From the NCBI GenBank assembly GCA_963748015.1, contig CAVVHE010000008.1, forward strand, positions 480,001-544,000: DNA of 64,000 nucleotides. Reading direction: 5' to 3'. Of the stretch, positions 49,716-57,538 are shown piece after piece. The translations under genes and the position numbers were made by a program. The notes beneath the pieces are model-generated. The model did no database searches. It was given only the letters and a program-made list of their open reading frames with translations, and was not told the origin of the DNA. How positions within the stretch are numbered: the stretch's first letter is position 1; each line of letters starts with the position of its first letter. The stretch comes from Terriglobia bacterium (GTDB lineage Bacteria; Acidobacteriota; Polarisedimenticolia; Polarisedimenticolales; JAIQFR01).

Positions 49716-50786
49716 CTACGCCTCCCAGCGCCGGAAGAACAGGGACTGCCGGTGCACCGGCTGCGCCCGCTCCTCGAGGGAGGCCATCTGCGCGCCCGAC
49801 AGCGGCCTGAACTCCCGGGCGAGGGCGACGTTCTCCTCGAGCTGGGGGATCGTGTCGCACCCGACGATCACCGTCGAGACCGGCAGCGAGAGGACGTAGC
49901 GCATGGCCTCTTTCATCGTGAGCGTGCCCGGAGTCTTGGCGCCGGTGCGGTCCCCTTCCGCCGGCGGGGTCCACGAGCTGAGCAGGCGCCCCCGCGCGGG
50001 GATCTTCATCCCGATGATCCCCATCTCCTTCTCCACCGCGAGCGGGAGGAGCTTCTCCCCGAACGGGAGGTGGTGGCGGTCGGCGGCGTTGAGCGCGAGC
50101 AGGATGGCGTCGAAGGGGAAGCGTCGGATCGCCTCGAGAAGCGGCTCGGGGTCGGTGTGGCCGGTGATCCCGACGAAGCGCACGAGCTTCTTGTCCCGCG
50201 CTTCGGAGAGCGCCTCGATCGCGCCGCCCTTCGCGAAGATCTTCTCCACGTCCTCCATCTTGGAAACGGCGTGGAGCTGCCAGAGATCGAGGCGATCGGT
50301 GTGGAGCAGCTCGAACGACTTCTCGAGGAGCTTGAGCGAGCCGTCGCGCGTCCGGTCGTGCGTCTTGCTCGCGAGGAAGACCTCGCCCCGGCGGCGCTTC
50401 ATGACCTCGCCGATGTACTGCTCGCTCCAGCGCTTCTCGCCGCCGTAGCGCGCGGAGGTGTCGATGTAGTTGACTCCGAGATCGATCGCGCGCTCGATGA
50501 TCGGGACCGCGATCGCGGCGTTGTCGGACTGCTCGAGGGCGGATTGGCCGCCGAGGGAGAAGATCCCGACCTTGTGGCCGGTGCGTCCGAGATTGCGGAC
50601 CGGCATCGCCTCCACGGCCCGCGCGGGAGCGGCGGGCTTGGCCTCCGGCTTGGCCTCCGGCTTGGCCTTCTCCTGCGCGCCGGTGGACGTGACCGCCCCG
50701 ATGGCCATGCCGGCCACGGCCGCTCCGCCGATCTTGAGCAGGTCTCTGCGCTGGATCGCCGTCTCGCGGTTCTTCTCGTCGCTCAT
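49716..50786 (-). CDS. Aldo/keto reductase with twin-arginine signal
   Basis: QRRDLLK Tat motif; NYIDTSARYG, FLASKT, LDLWQLH, GITGH and IIGMK motifs. Confidence 0.9.
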   Translation of the reverse strand: MSDEKNRETAIQRRDLLKIGGAAVAGMAIGAVTSTGAQEKAKPEAKPEAKPAAPARAVEAMPVRNLGRTGHKVGIFSLGGQSALEQSDNAAIAVPIIERAIDLGVNYIDTSARYGGEKRWSEQYIGEVMKRRRGEVFLASKTHDRTRDGSLKLLEKSFELLHTDRLDLWQLHAVSKMEDVEKIFAKGGAIEALSEARDKKLVRFVGITGHTDPEPLLEAIRRFPFDAILLALNAADRHHLPFGEKLLPLAVEKEMGIIGMKIPARGRLLSSWTPPAEGDRTGAKTPGTLTMKEAMRYVLSLPVSTVIVGCDTIPQLEENVALAREFRPLSGAQMASLEERAQPVHRQSLFFRRWEA

Positions 50787-50808
50787 GGTTTCCTCCCGGG
50801 AGATGCCC

Positions 50809-50837
50809 ATCCTAGGCGCGGCGCCTCGATGGTTCAA
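50809..50837 (-). promoter_or_regulatory. Sigma70-type promoter of the aldo/keto reductase gene
   Basis: TTGAAC-N17-TAGGAT on the minus strand, 6 nt from the IS left end. Confidence 0.6.
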
Positions 50838-50944
50838 GAGGCTAGTCACCATGGAACGACCGGCTCCGATTCGCAGTTGACGTAGGTTACGCTGCGAATC
50901 GGTGAAGAACCGTAGCGCAGAGCTACATGCGAAAGGAGCCGGTC

Positions 50945-52087
50945 ATGGGGAAGGATAGCCGATTCGTGGGCCTGGACGTACATGCGGACTCGATCGCGGT
51001 GGCGGTTGCGGAGCCTGGCGGCGAGGTTCGGTCGTTGGGGATCATTGGCAACAAGCCGGAGTCGGTGAGAAAGCTGATGAAGAGGTTGGGTTCGGCTAGG
51101 GGTCTCAAGGTCTGCTACGAGGCGGGGCCGACGGGATACGTCCTGTACTGGCAGTTGACCGAGATGGGGATTCACTGCGACGTGGTGGCGCCGACGTTGA
51201 TACCGGTGAAGCCCGGTGACCGGGTCAAGACGGATCGTCGCGACGCAACGAAGCTGGCGAAGAGCTACCGGGCCGGAGAGCTGACGCCGGTTTGGGTGCC
51301 GGATGCGGCGCACGAAGCTCTGCGGGATCTGGTGCGCGCTCGGGAGGCCGCGAAGGGGGATCAGCTTCGGGCGCGGCACCGACTTCAGAAGTTCTTGCTT
51401 CGGCATGGGCGCCGAGCTCCCGCGAAGGTGAAGCCGTGGACGGAGACCCATCTCGCGTGGGTGAGGCAGGCCGTTGGGTTCGAGGCCCCGGCTCAGCAGG
51501 CGGTGCTGACGGACTACTTGGCGGAAGTGGACCACGCACGGGAGCGAGTCAAGCGGCTCGAGGGGTCGATCGACGAAGCGATCGAAGCCGCGCCTGAGGG
51601 AATACGGGCCGTGATCGATGCCCTCCAAGCCCTTCGTGGCATCGCCAAGGTGAGCAGCGTCACGATCGTCGCCGAGGTCGGCCAGCTTTCCCGCTTCTCT
51701 CGCCCGCGGCAGCTGATGGGGTACAGCGGAGCGGTGTCCAGTGAAGACTCCTCCGGAGGGCGGACCCGGCGAGGTGCGATCACCAAGACGGGCAATGCCC
51801 ATCTGCGCCGGATCGTCGTGGAAGCGGCCTGGGCCTACCGGCACCGCCCTGCCGTCGGTGGGGCGCTCCGCGTGCGTCAAGAGGGGTTGAGCGAGGACGT
51901 GAAAGAGATCGCCTGGAAAGCCCAGCATCGCCTTCACCAACGCTACCGACGGTTGGCCGCCAAGGGGAAGGTCAAGCAGCAGGTGGTCACCGCGGTGGCC
52001 CGGGAGCTGTTGGGGTTCATTTGGGCCATCGGCGTGCACGTCGAGAGACAGATGCCGGCGGTGGGCCGCAAGCGCCAAGCTGCATGA
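50945..52087 (+). CDS. IS110-family (DEDD) transposase/recombinase
   Basis: GLDVH, CYEAG, KTDRRDA, SSGG and ITKTGNAHLR motifs; GAAAGGAG RBS before ATG 50945. Confidence 0.96.
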   Translation: MGKDSRFVGLDVHADSIAVAVAEPGGEVRSLGIIGNKPESVRKLMKRLGSARGLKVCYEAGPTGYVLYWQLTEMGIHCDVVAPTLIPVKPGDRVKTDRRDATKLAKSYRAGELTPVWVPDAAHEALRDLVRAREAAKGDQLRARHRLQKFLLRHGRRAPAKVKPWTETHLAWVRQAVGFEAPAQQAVLTDYLAEVDHARERVKRLEGSIDEAIEAAPEGIRAVIDALQALRGIAKVSSVTIVAEVGQLSRFSRPRQLMGYSGAVSSEDSSGGRTRRGAITKTGNAHLRRIVVEAAWAYRHRPAVGGALRVRQEGLSEDVKEIAWKAQHRLHQRYRRLAAKGKVKQQVVTAVARELLGFIWAIGVHVERQMPAVGRKRQAA

Positions 52088-52127
52088 AAACGATCAGGTA
52101 GGGAAGGGATGAATCCGGGACGGAGCC

Positions 52128-52317
52128 GGCGGCGGTCGAGGGGCACACGGGAAGGAGGATCCTCGTGGCTCCTATGCGACAGGCCCTCGCTGGCCGGATC
52201 CGCGATGCTAGTCCGAGGCAGCTCCCGACGGATCACGATTATGACGGCGCGCCCTTGGGGGCCGATCCGCGAATATCAGAGTGATCAACCGTCGAGTCAG
52301 CCGCCTCGACCGCCGCC
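52128..52317 (+). ncRNA. Predicted seekRNA/bridge RNA of the IS
   Basis: A 14-bp closing stem (52128-41/52304-17) encloses two stem-internal-loop units. Their loops match the target (GGCTCCTA, GCTAG) and the IS end (ATATCAG). Confidence 0.8.
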
Positions 52318-52391
52318 TGTTCCGCCCCGGCGAGGAACCGAACGGAGGTGTCTCGGGTCGGAAGCTCGAGGTTGACAGGTCGTTCCATATC

Positions 52392-52446
52392 AGGAGCCTG
52401 TCCGAGTAATCCCGCGGCCCACGGGATTACCCGAGCAGGCTCCTAG
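52392..52446. repeat. REP/MITE-like palindrome, target of the IS
   Basis: AGGAGCCTG...GTAATCCCG-CGGCCCA-CGGGATTAC...CAGGCTCCTAG; removing the IS restores CTAGGAGCCTG/CAGGCTCCTAG. Confidence 0.8.
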
Positions 52447-54929
52447 GGCTGTCGGTGCGCGGCGTAGGCCTCGTGCCGGAGGGCGTCCGCCGTCCGGCCG
52501 AGCTTCGCGTAGGCCGCCGCCAGCTTCCGGTGGACGTCCGGCTGGTCCGGGTCGATCCGCAGGGCCTCGCGCCAGGCGGGGATGGCTCCCGCCTCGTCAC
52601 CGCGGACCAGGTGGATCTCGCCGCGCATCAGGCACGGGTCGAACGCGTCGGGATCTAGGGCGGCGGCGCGGTCCAGCTCGTCCAGCGCGTCGTCGAGGCG
52701 GGCGTCGATGGACAGCAGCCGCGCCAGCACGACGTGCCGCCGGGTGGTGTCCCGCGCGCCGTCCTCCAGCCGGAGCAGCGGCTCGACCTCTTCGCGGCGC
52801 GCCCCGCGATCGAGGAGCGTCTCCGCGAGGGCCAGCCGCGCCTCCTCGTCGCGGGGATCGAGAGCAAGGGCGGCCCGCAACTCCGCGACCCCGCGGTCCT
52901 CACGGTCCCACGCGATCCATGTGACGCCCGCCGCCGTGCGCGCGCGGGCGCTTCCCGTATCGATCCAGTACGTCGCGTACGAAACCGAGGCCCAGGCGCC
53001 GAGGATCGCCAGCACGCCCAGGCGCCGCCAGCGAGCGCGCCCCGCGAGGAGATCGATACCGGCGGCCCCGAGGACGCAGAGAGGGACCAGCGCCACGAGG
53101 CCGTAGAACGCCTTGACCGTCGCGTAGTAAGGAACCAGGAGCGTCATGGAGATCACGGCGGAGCCGGTCACGAACGCGAGGAGCAGGATCAGCCCCAGCG
53201 CCGCTTCCGGCTTGCGCACGAAGCGGAACAGCAGGGCCGCGGCACCGAGCAGGATCCCGATCGTCGGTAGGAGCGCGAGCAGCACCCCGGCGGCCATCGT
53301 CTCGTACGACCACGGCGGGCGGTACACGAGCGACTCGACGCCGCCGCAGAGCGTGTCGCCCCAGAGGGTCGCGTAGAGACCGTCCCAGATGCCGCCGTGA
53401 AGCCCCGCGTAGAGCGGCGCCCCGAGCGAGGGCCCGAAGCGAAGGTAGTCCCAGACGGTACGATAGCCGGGATCCTGCCACCACGGCGCTCCCGCCGCCC
53501 GATCCCAGTTCCCCACGATGGGGACCCCGTAGCGCGCCCACACCCTTGCGTAGTGCCAGCCGGAGACCGCGGCGGCCGACGCGAGCGAGAGCAGCGCGAG
53601 CGCCACGAGGCGTCCCGCCTTCTCCTCGCGGCGCTCGATCCGCCTCAGGAGCGGGGCCGCGGCGGCCACGGGAACGAGCAGGAGCGTGGAGAACTTGGCG
53701 AGCAGGGCGGCGCCGAGGCACGCTCCGAGGAGGACGGCGTCGAGCCATCGCGCGCGCTCGGCCCGGACGACGCGCAGCGCGAGATAGACGGTCGCCGTCG
53801 AGAGCGTGATCGCCAGCGCCTCGTTGGTCGGGTACTGGAAGACGTAGAGCAGCGCCGGGAGCGCCGAGGCGAGGACCAGCCCGATCGCCTGGCGCCGGGG
53901 CCGGCCGGGGAAGACGAGGCGCAAGCTCGCGGCGGCCAGGAGAATGTTCGCCGCGGCGAAGACGAGGTTGAGAAAGCGGAGGGCGACGAGCCCCGCGGGC
54001 TCGCCGGGCTGGAGCGACGCCGCCTTCAGCACCAGCGCCGCGAGCGCGTAGTACAGCGGCGGGTGGTACATCTGCCAGCCCTGCTCCGCGAGCGGCAGCG
54101 ATCCCTTGTCGAGAAGATGGCGGACGTAGTCGAGGTGCCCCTCCACGTCGAAGCCGATCGGGCACGGCCAGCCCGCGTTGTTGAGGAAGAGAACAACCCA
54201 GAGCGCGACGGCCGTGGGCGCCGCGACGCGGAGCACGGGGCCGGGGTCCAAGGCCGCCCCCTTGCTCCCTCCGAAGCGAAGGTCGAGCCCGAGCACCACC
54301 GCCGCCGCGATCGCGACCAGGACCAGCAGCCACGGCCAGACCGCGGCGAGCGAGCCGGCGAGGCTCCTAGCGATCCCGTCCGGATCGAAGCCCCGGCCCG
54401 CCGGCGGGTCCGAGGCGAGCGCCGCGGGCTTCCACGCGGCCCCGGCGCGCGACGCCTCCCACGTCGCGTCGCTGCGGATCGGTGGGCCGGACGCCTCGAG
54501 CGACAGCCAGAGCGCCGGCGGCCCGTCGTCGTTGAAGACGCGGACCGCGAGCTCGTTGGCACCTGCCCGGAGCAGCGGAGCCACGTCGAGTCTCTGCTCG
54601 TCCCTCCACCGCGAAGGATCGCTCGCCGCGGCGACGCGGCGACCGTTCACCTCGACCTCGAACCGGCGGAGAGCGCGGATCCGGAGCGGTGCGGCCGCCG
54701 GCGGCGACGCCAGGTCGAACGACCGCCGGAAGACCGTGTCGAACCCGCCCCCCTCGTGCGTCGAGGTGGACACCGGCGCCGCGTAGACGATCCAGGAAGC
54801 AGGAGAGCGCGCTGTCAGGAAGGAGATCCGGGGGCTGCGCGCGCACATCCACCCGAGCACGGCGGCCGCCACCAGCGTCGCCACCGCGACCGTCGCCAGC
54901 GCCGCACGGGAAGGCGTCATCGCGCGCAC
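52443..54929 (-). CDS. GT-C (PMT/ArnT-like) multi-pass membrane glycosyltransferase with N-terminal beta-sandwich and C-terminal TPRs
   Basis: FDVEGHLDY, YHPPLYY, NE and ALLAK motifs; many transmembrane segments; terminal TPR consensus. Confidence 0.78.
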   Translation of the reverse strand: MRAMTPSRAALATVAVATLVAAAVLGWMCARSPRISFLTARSPASWIVYAAPVSTSTHEGGGFDTVFRRSFDLASPPAAAPLRIRALRRFEVEVNGRRVAAASDPSRWRDEQRLDVAPLLRAGANELAVRVFNDDGPPALWLSLEASGPPIRSDATWEASRAGAAWKPAALASDPPAGRGFDPDGIARSLAGSLAAVWPWLLVLVAIAAAVVLGLDLRFGGSKGAALDPGPVLRVAAPTAVALWVVLFLNNAGWPCPIGFDVEGHLDYVRHLLDKGSLPLAEQGWQMYHPPLYYALAALVLKAASLQPGEPAGLVALRFLNLVFAAANILLAAASLRLVFPGRPRRQAIGLVLASALPALLYVFQYPTNEALAITLSTATVYLALRVVRAERARWLDAVLLGACLGAALLAKFSTLLLVPVAAAAPLLRRIERREEKAGRLVALALLSLASAAAVSGWHYARVWARYGVPIVGNWDRAAGAPWWQDPGYRTVWDYLRFGPSLGAPLYAGLHGGIWDGLYATLWGDTLCGGVESLVYRPPWSYETMAAGVLLALLPTIGILLGAAALLFRFVRKPEAALGLILLLAFVTGSAVISMTLLVPYYATVKAFYGLVALVPLCVLGAAGIDLLAGRARWRRLGVLAILGAWASVSYATYWIDTGSARARTAAGVTWIAWDREDRGVAELRAALALDPRDEEARLALAETLLDRGARREEVEPLLRLEDGARDTTRRHVVLARLLSIDARLDDALDELDRAAALDPDAFDPCLMRGEIHLVRGDEAGAIPAWREALRIDPDQPDVHRKLAAAYAKLGRTADALRHEAYAAHRQP

Positions 54930-55086
54930 GCCTCTTGGTACGTGGCGCGGGCGCGGGAGTCAAGAGAAAAACGGCCGGCGTGCGGCGGCAACAACTACGA
55001 AACGCCCGTTCCGTCGGTTTCCACCGCCGGCGAACGCCGTCGCTTGTTTCGGGGGAGGCGCCGGCGTATAAACGCCGCAATTAGCC

Positions 55087-57444
55087 GTGCGTCTGGCGGC
55101 GCGGGAGGTGGCCGTGCTCGAGCTCGGCGTCGTGCTTCGTTTCCTCGGCCTCGCAGCGATGGGGACCTGTTTTGCATCATCGGCATGGACGGCGAGCGAG
55201 CCCGTCCCGCCCTCGCAGGCGGTCGCCACTCTCCCGGCCATCCTCGAGGCGTACCGGGCGCTCGCGCCGGCCGCGGACGGGACCGCGGTCAAGGACCGGG
55301 CGGGCCGGATCGGCCATCTCGCGCTGCACCTGGATGAAGGGACCGTCTTCCCGCTGAAGGGATCGGGCGGCGACGTGCTTGGCTTCTACTTCGACGGAAA
55401 AGGCCACTACGCCTACAAGCCGGAAGGTGCGCTCGATCAGCAGGTCTTCGAAACCAACCTGCGTCGCTACGTCCCCTCCTTGCGCCCGGCCAATCACGAA
55501 GTCGGCGACCAGTTCGAGCATCTCCTCGTCTTCTTCGCCGCGCCGGCCTTTCCCGAGTTGTGGGAAGCAGGGGCCGACGCATCGAGGCCGCTCAATCCCC
55601 AAAGTCGCTCCGCCTTCGACAAGATCTGGAATCGAGTGGTCGAGGGCGACTACCTGGAGTTCGACCACCTGAGCGCCGAGGGCAGGCTGAATGGCGGCAA
55701 GCTCCAGTATGTCTACGCGGAGATCGAGGGAGAGAGGGAGACGCTGGGTTACACCTTCGACCGGATGAGGGGGTTCCACGAGACCCTCGCCGCGTTCGTC
55801 AAGTATCAGGGCGTCGACATGCGGTTCCCCCGTGTCCTGAGCCGACACGAGATCCCGCCGGAAGGCGACAGCTCCGTCGCGTGGAACCTCAAGAACGTGC
55901 GCCTCGACGTCGTGACCGAGGACAATCGGCGGGGCACCATCGACAGCGACCTGACGCTCGAGGCGGCTCGGAACGGCGTGCGCGTCGCCCCTCTGTCCCT
56001 GATCAACAGCGTCGATCCCTACTCGTACGACTGGGCCTCCGAGAAGAAGCGGCTGCGCGTCCTCAAGGTCAACGACGTGGCCGGGGCGGAGATCCCGTTC
56101 TCCCACCGCTACAACGAGCTGCTCGTGCAGCTTCCGAAGGAGATGGAAAAGGGCGAGCGGATCGTGGTGCACGTCGCGACGGAAGGCGAGATCTTCACCG
56201 ACCGGAGGGGGGAGAATATCGACAACTACTTCGACCTCTTCGGGTATTCCTGGTTCCCGGAGCCCCTCGGCTGGGGCGCGGGCCTCTACACGTTCACGCT
56301 CAAGCTCAGAACACGGAAACCGTACTACCCCGTGGTTTCGGGGAAGACGACCGCGTTCCGAGAGGACGAGAAGTACTTCGAACTCGAGTCCTCCAGCACC
56401 TTGCCGGTCAAGCAGGTCGCCGTCTTCGCGGGGAAGTACAAGACGCACGAGGAGACGGCCGACGGCGTGACGATCCGCGTTCACAGCTACGCGATGGCCA
56501 ACAAGTTCGTCGTGGAAGTGCTTCCGGGCCTCGCGCGGGAGCTCATCCGGTACTACCGCGACCACCTCGGCCCGTACCCGTTCGATAAGCTGGAGATCGT
56601 GGAGGTTCCCTCGTACGGGATCGGCATCGCGCCGTCCGGGATGATCCTGCTGCCGACCGAGGCCTACAAACCCCGTCAGAACTGGATCGCGGCGTACCTC
56701 TCGCGTGGGGCTCCGAGCATGATCGCCCACGAGATCGCGCACCAGTGGTTCGGCCACAAGGCCGCCACCGCGGCACCCGAGGAGAACTGGCTTTCGGAGT
56801 CGTTCGCCGAATACCTGGCGGGGCTCGCGATGGGCGCCGGCGAAACCGACGAACGCCGCGTCGCCGGCTTCAAGCGGATGTACGGCGAGTGGAAATTGTA
56901 CACGACGCGCGACTGCCCCGATCTGCCACTGGCCGCCGCGAACAACATGGGGGGCGAGGACGGAGCGAAGGACCGCTGGTGCCTCCTCTACAGCCGCGGC
57001 CCGCTGATCCTCCACATGCTTCGCGCGATGGTCGGCGAGGAGAAGTTCTTCTCGATCCTCCGCCTTTACCTCGAGAAGGCGAGCTACGGCCGGGCGACGA
57101 CCGAGGACCTGAAGAAGGCGGCTGCCGAGACGCTGAAGTTCAACCTCGACTGGTTCTTCGACGAGTGGTTCCGCGAGGGCGGGATCCCGAGCATCAAGGT
57201 GGAGCAGCTGGTCGTGCCGGGGACCGGAGGGAGGTACGTCCTGAGCGGCCGGGCGGAGCAGGCCGAGGGGCCGTCCTTCAAGAAGATGATCATCCCGCTA
57301 GTCCTCGACTACCCGGACGGCTCCCGCGAGGTGAAGATCGTCTTCCAGGAGAAGCCGGTTCAGGAGTTCCGCTTCGAGATCCGGGAGAGGCCCAAGAAGA
57401 TCGCCGTGGATCCCGCGAACAACAACCTCGCGGTGTACCGCTGA
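55087..57444 (+). CDS. M1 family zinc aminopeptidase (start uncertain)
   Basis: AHEIAHQWFG...WLSESFAEY, YSRG and LDWFFDEW motifs. Confidence 0.9.
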   Translation: MRLAAREVAVLELGVVLRFLGLAAMGTCFASSAWTASEPVPPSQAVATLPAILEAYRALAPAADGTAVKDRAGRIGHLALHLDEGTVFPLKGSGGDVLGFYFDGKGHYAYKPEGALDQQVFETNLRRYVPSLRPANHEVGDQFEHLLVFFAAPAFPELWEAGADASRPLNPQSRSAFDKIWNRVVEGDYLEFDHLSAEGRLNGGKLQYVYAEIEGERETLGYTFDRMRGFHETLAAFVKYQGVDMRFPRVLSRHEIPPEGDSSVAWNLKNVRLDVVTEDNRRGTIDSDLTLEAARNGVRVAPLSLINSVDPYSYDWASEKKRLRVLKVNDVAGAEIPFSHRYNELLVQLPKEMEKGERIVVHVATEGEIFTDRRGENIDNYFDLFGYSWFPEPLGWGAGLYTFTLKLRTRKPYYPVVSGKTTAFREDEKYFELESSSTLPVKQVAVFAGKYKTHEETADGVTIRVHSYAMANKFVVEVLPGLARELIRYYRDHLGPYPFDKLEIVEVPSYGIGIAPSGMILLPTEAYKPRQNWIAAYLSRGAPSMIAHEIAHQWFGHKAATAAPEENWLSESFAEYLAGLAMGAGETDERRVAGFKRMYGEWKLYTTRDCPDLPLAAANNMGGEDGAKDRWCLLYSRGPLILHMLRAMVGEEKFFSILRLYLEKASYGRATTEDLKKAAAETLKFNLDWFFDEWFREGGIPSIKVEQLVVPGTGGRYVLSGRAEQAEGPSFKKMIIPLVLDYPDGSREVKIVFQEKPVQEFRFEIRERPKKIAVDPANNNLAVYR

Positions 57445-57538
57445 GGGACGCATACGACCGCGGGACGCACTTTCGTCCGAAACGAGCGTCGCGCGTGCCC
57501 AGCCGGGAGTCTCTGACCCACGGTTCCGGATCAGTCCG

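Larger units (their letters stand above)
50844..52393 (+). mobile_element. Complete IS110-family element, IS1111 type
   Basis: Sub-terminal inverted repeats ATGGAACGACC (50851-50861) and GGTCGTTCCAT (52378-52388); AG core at both ends (50844-45, 52392-93); long 3' non-coding region; outward-facing TTGACA at 52372. Confidence 0.9.

Noticed and set aside
50635..50668. 12-bp tandem repeat encoding AKPE-AKPE-AKP
   Set aside because: An ordinary in-frame low-complexity linker after the Tat signal.
50838..50845. Alternative IS boundary using an AGG core
   Set aside because: The AG core fits better: it restores the target palindrome, matches the RNA loop sequences, and gives the 7-nt/3-nt IR offsets typical of IS1111.
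57445..57470. Direct repeat GGGACGCA x2 between convergent genes
   Set aside because: Too short to be significant in GC-rich DNA.
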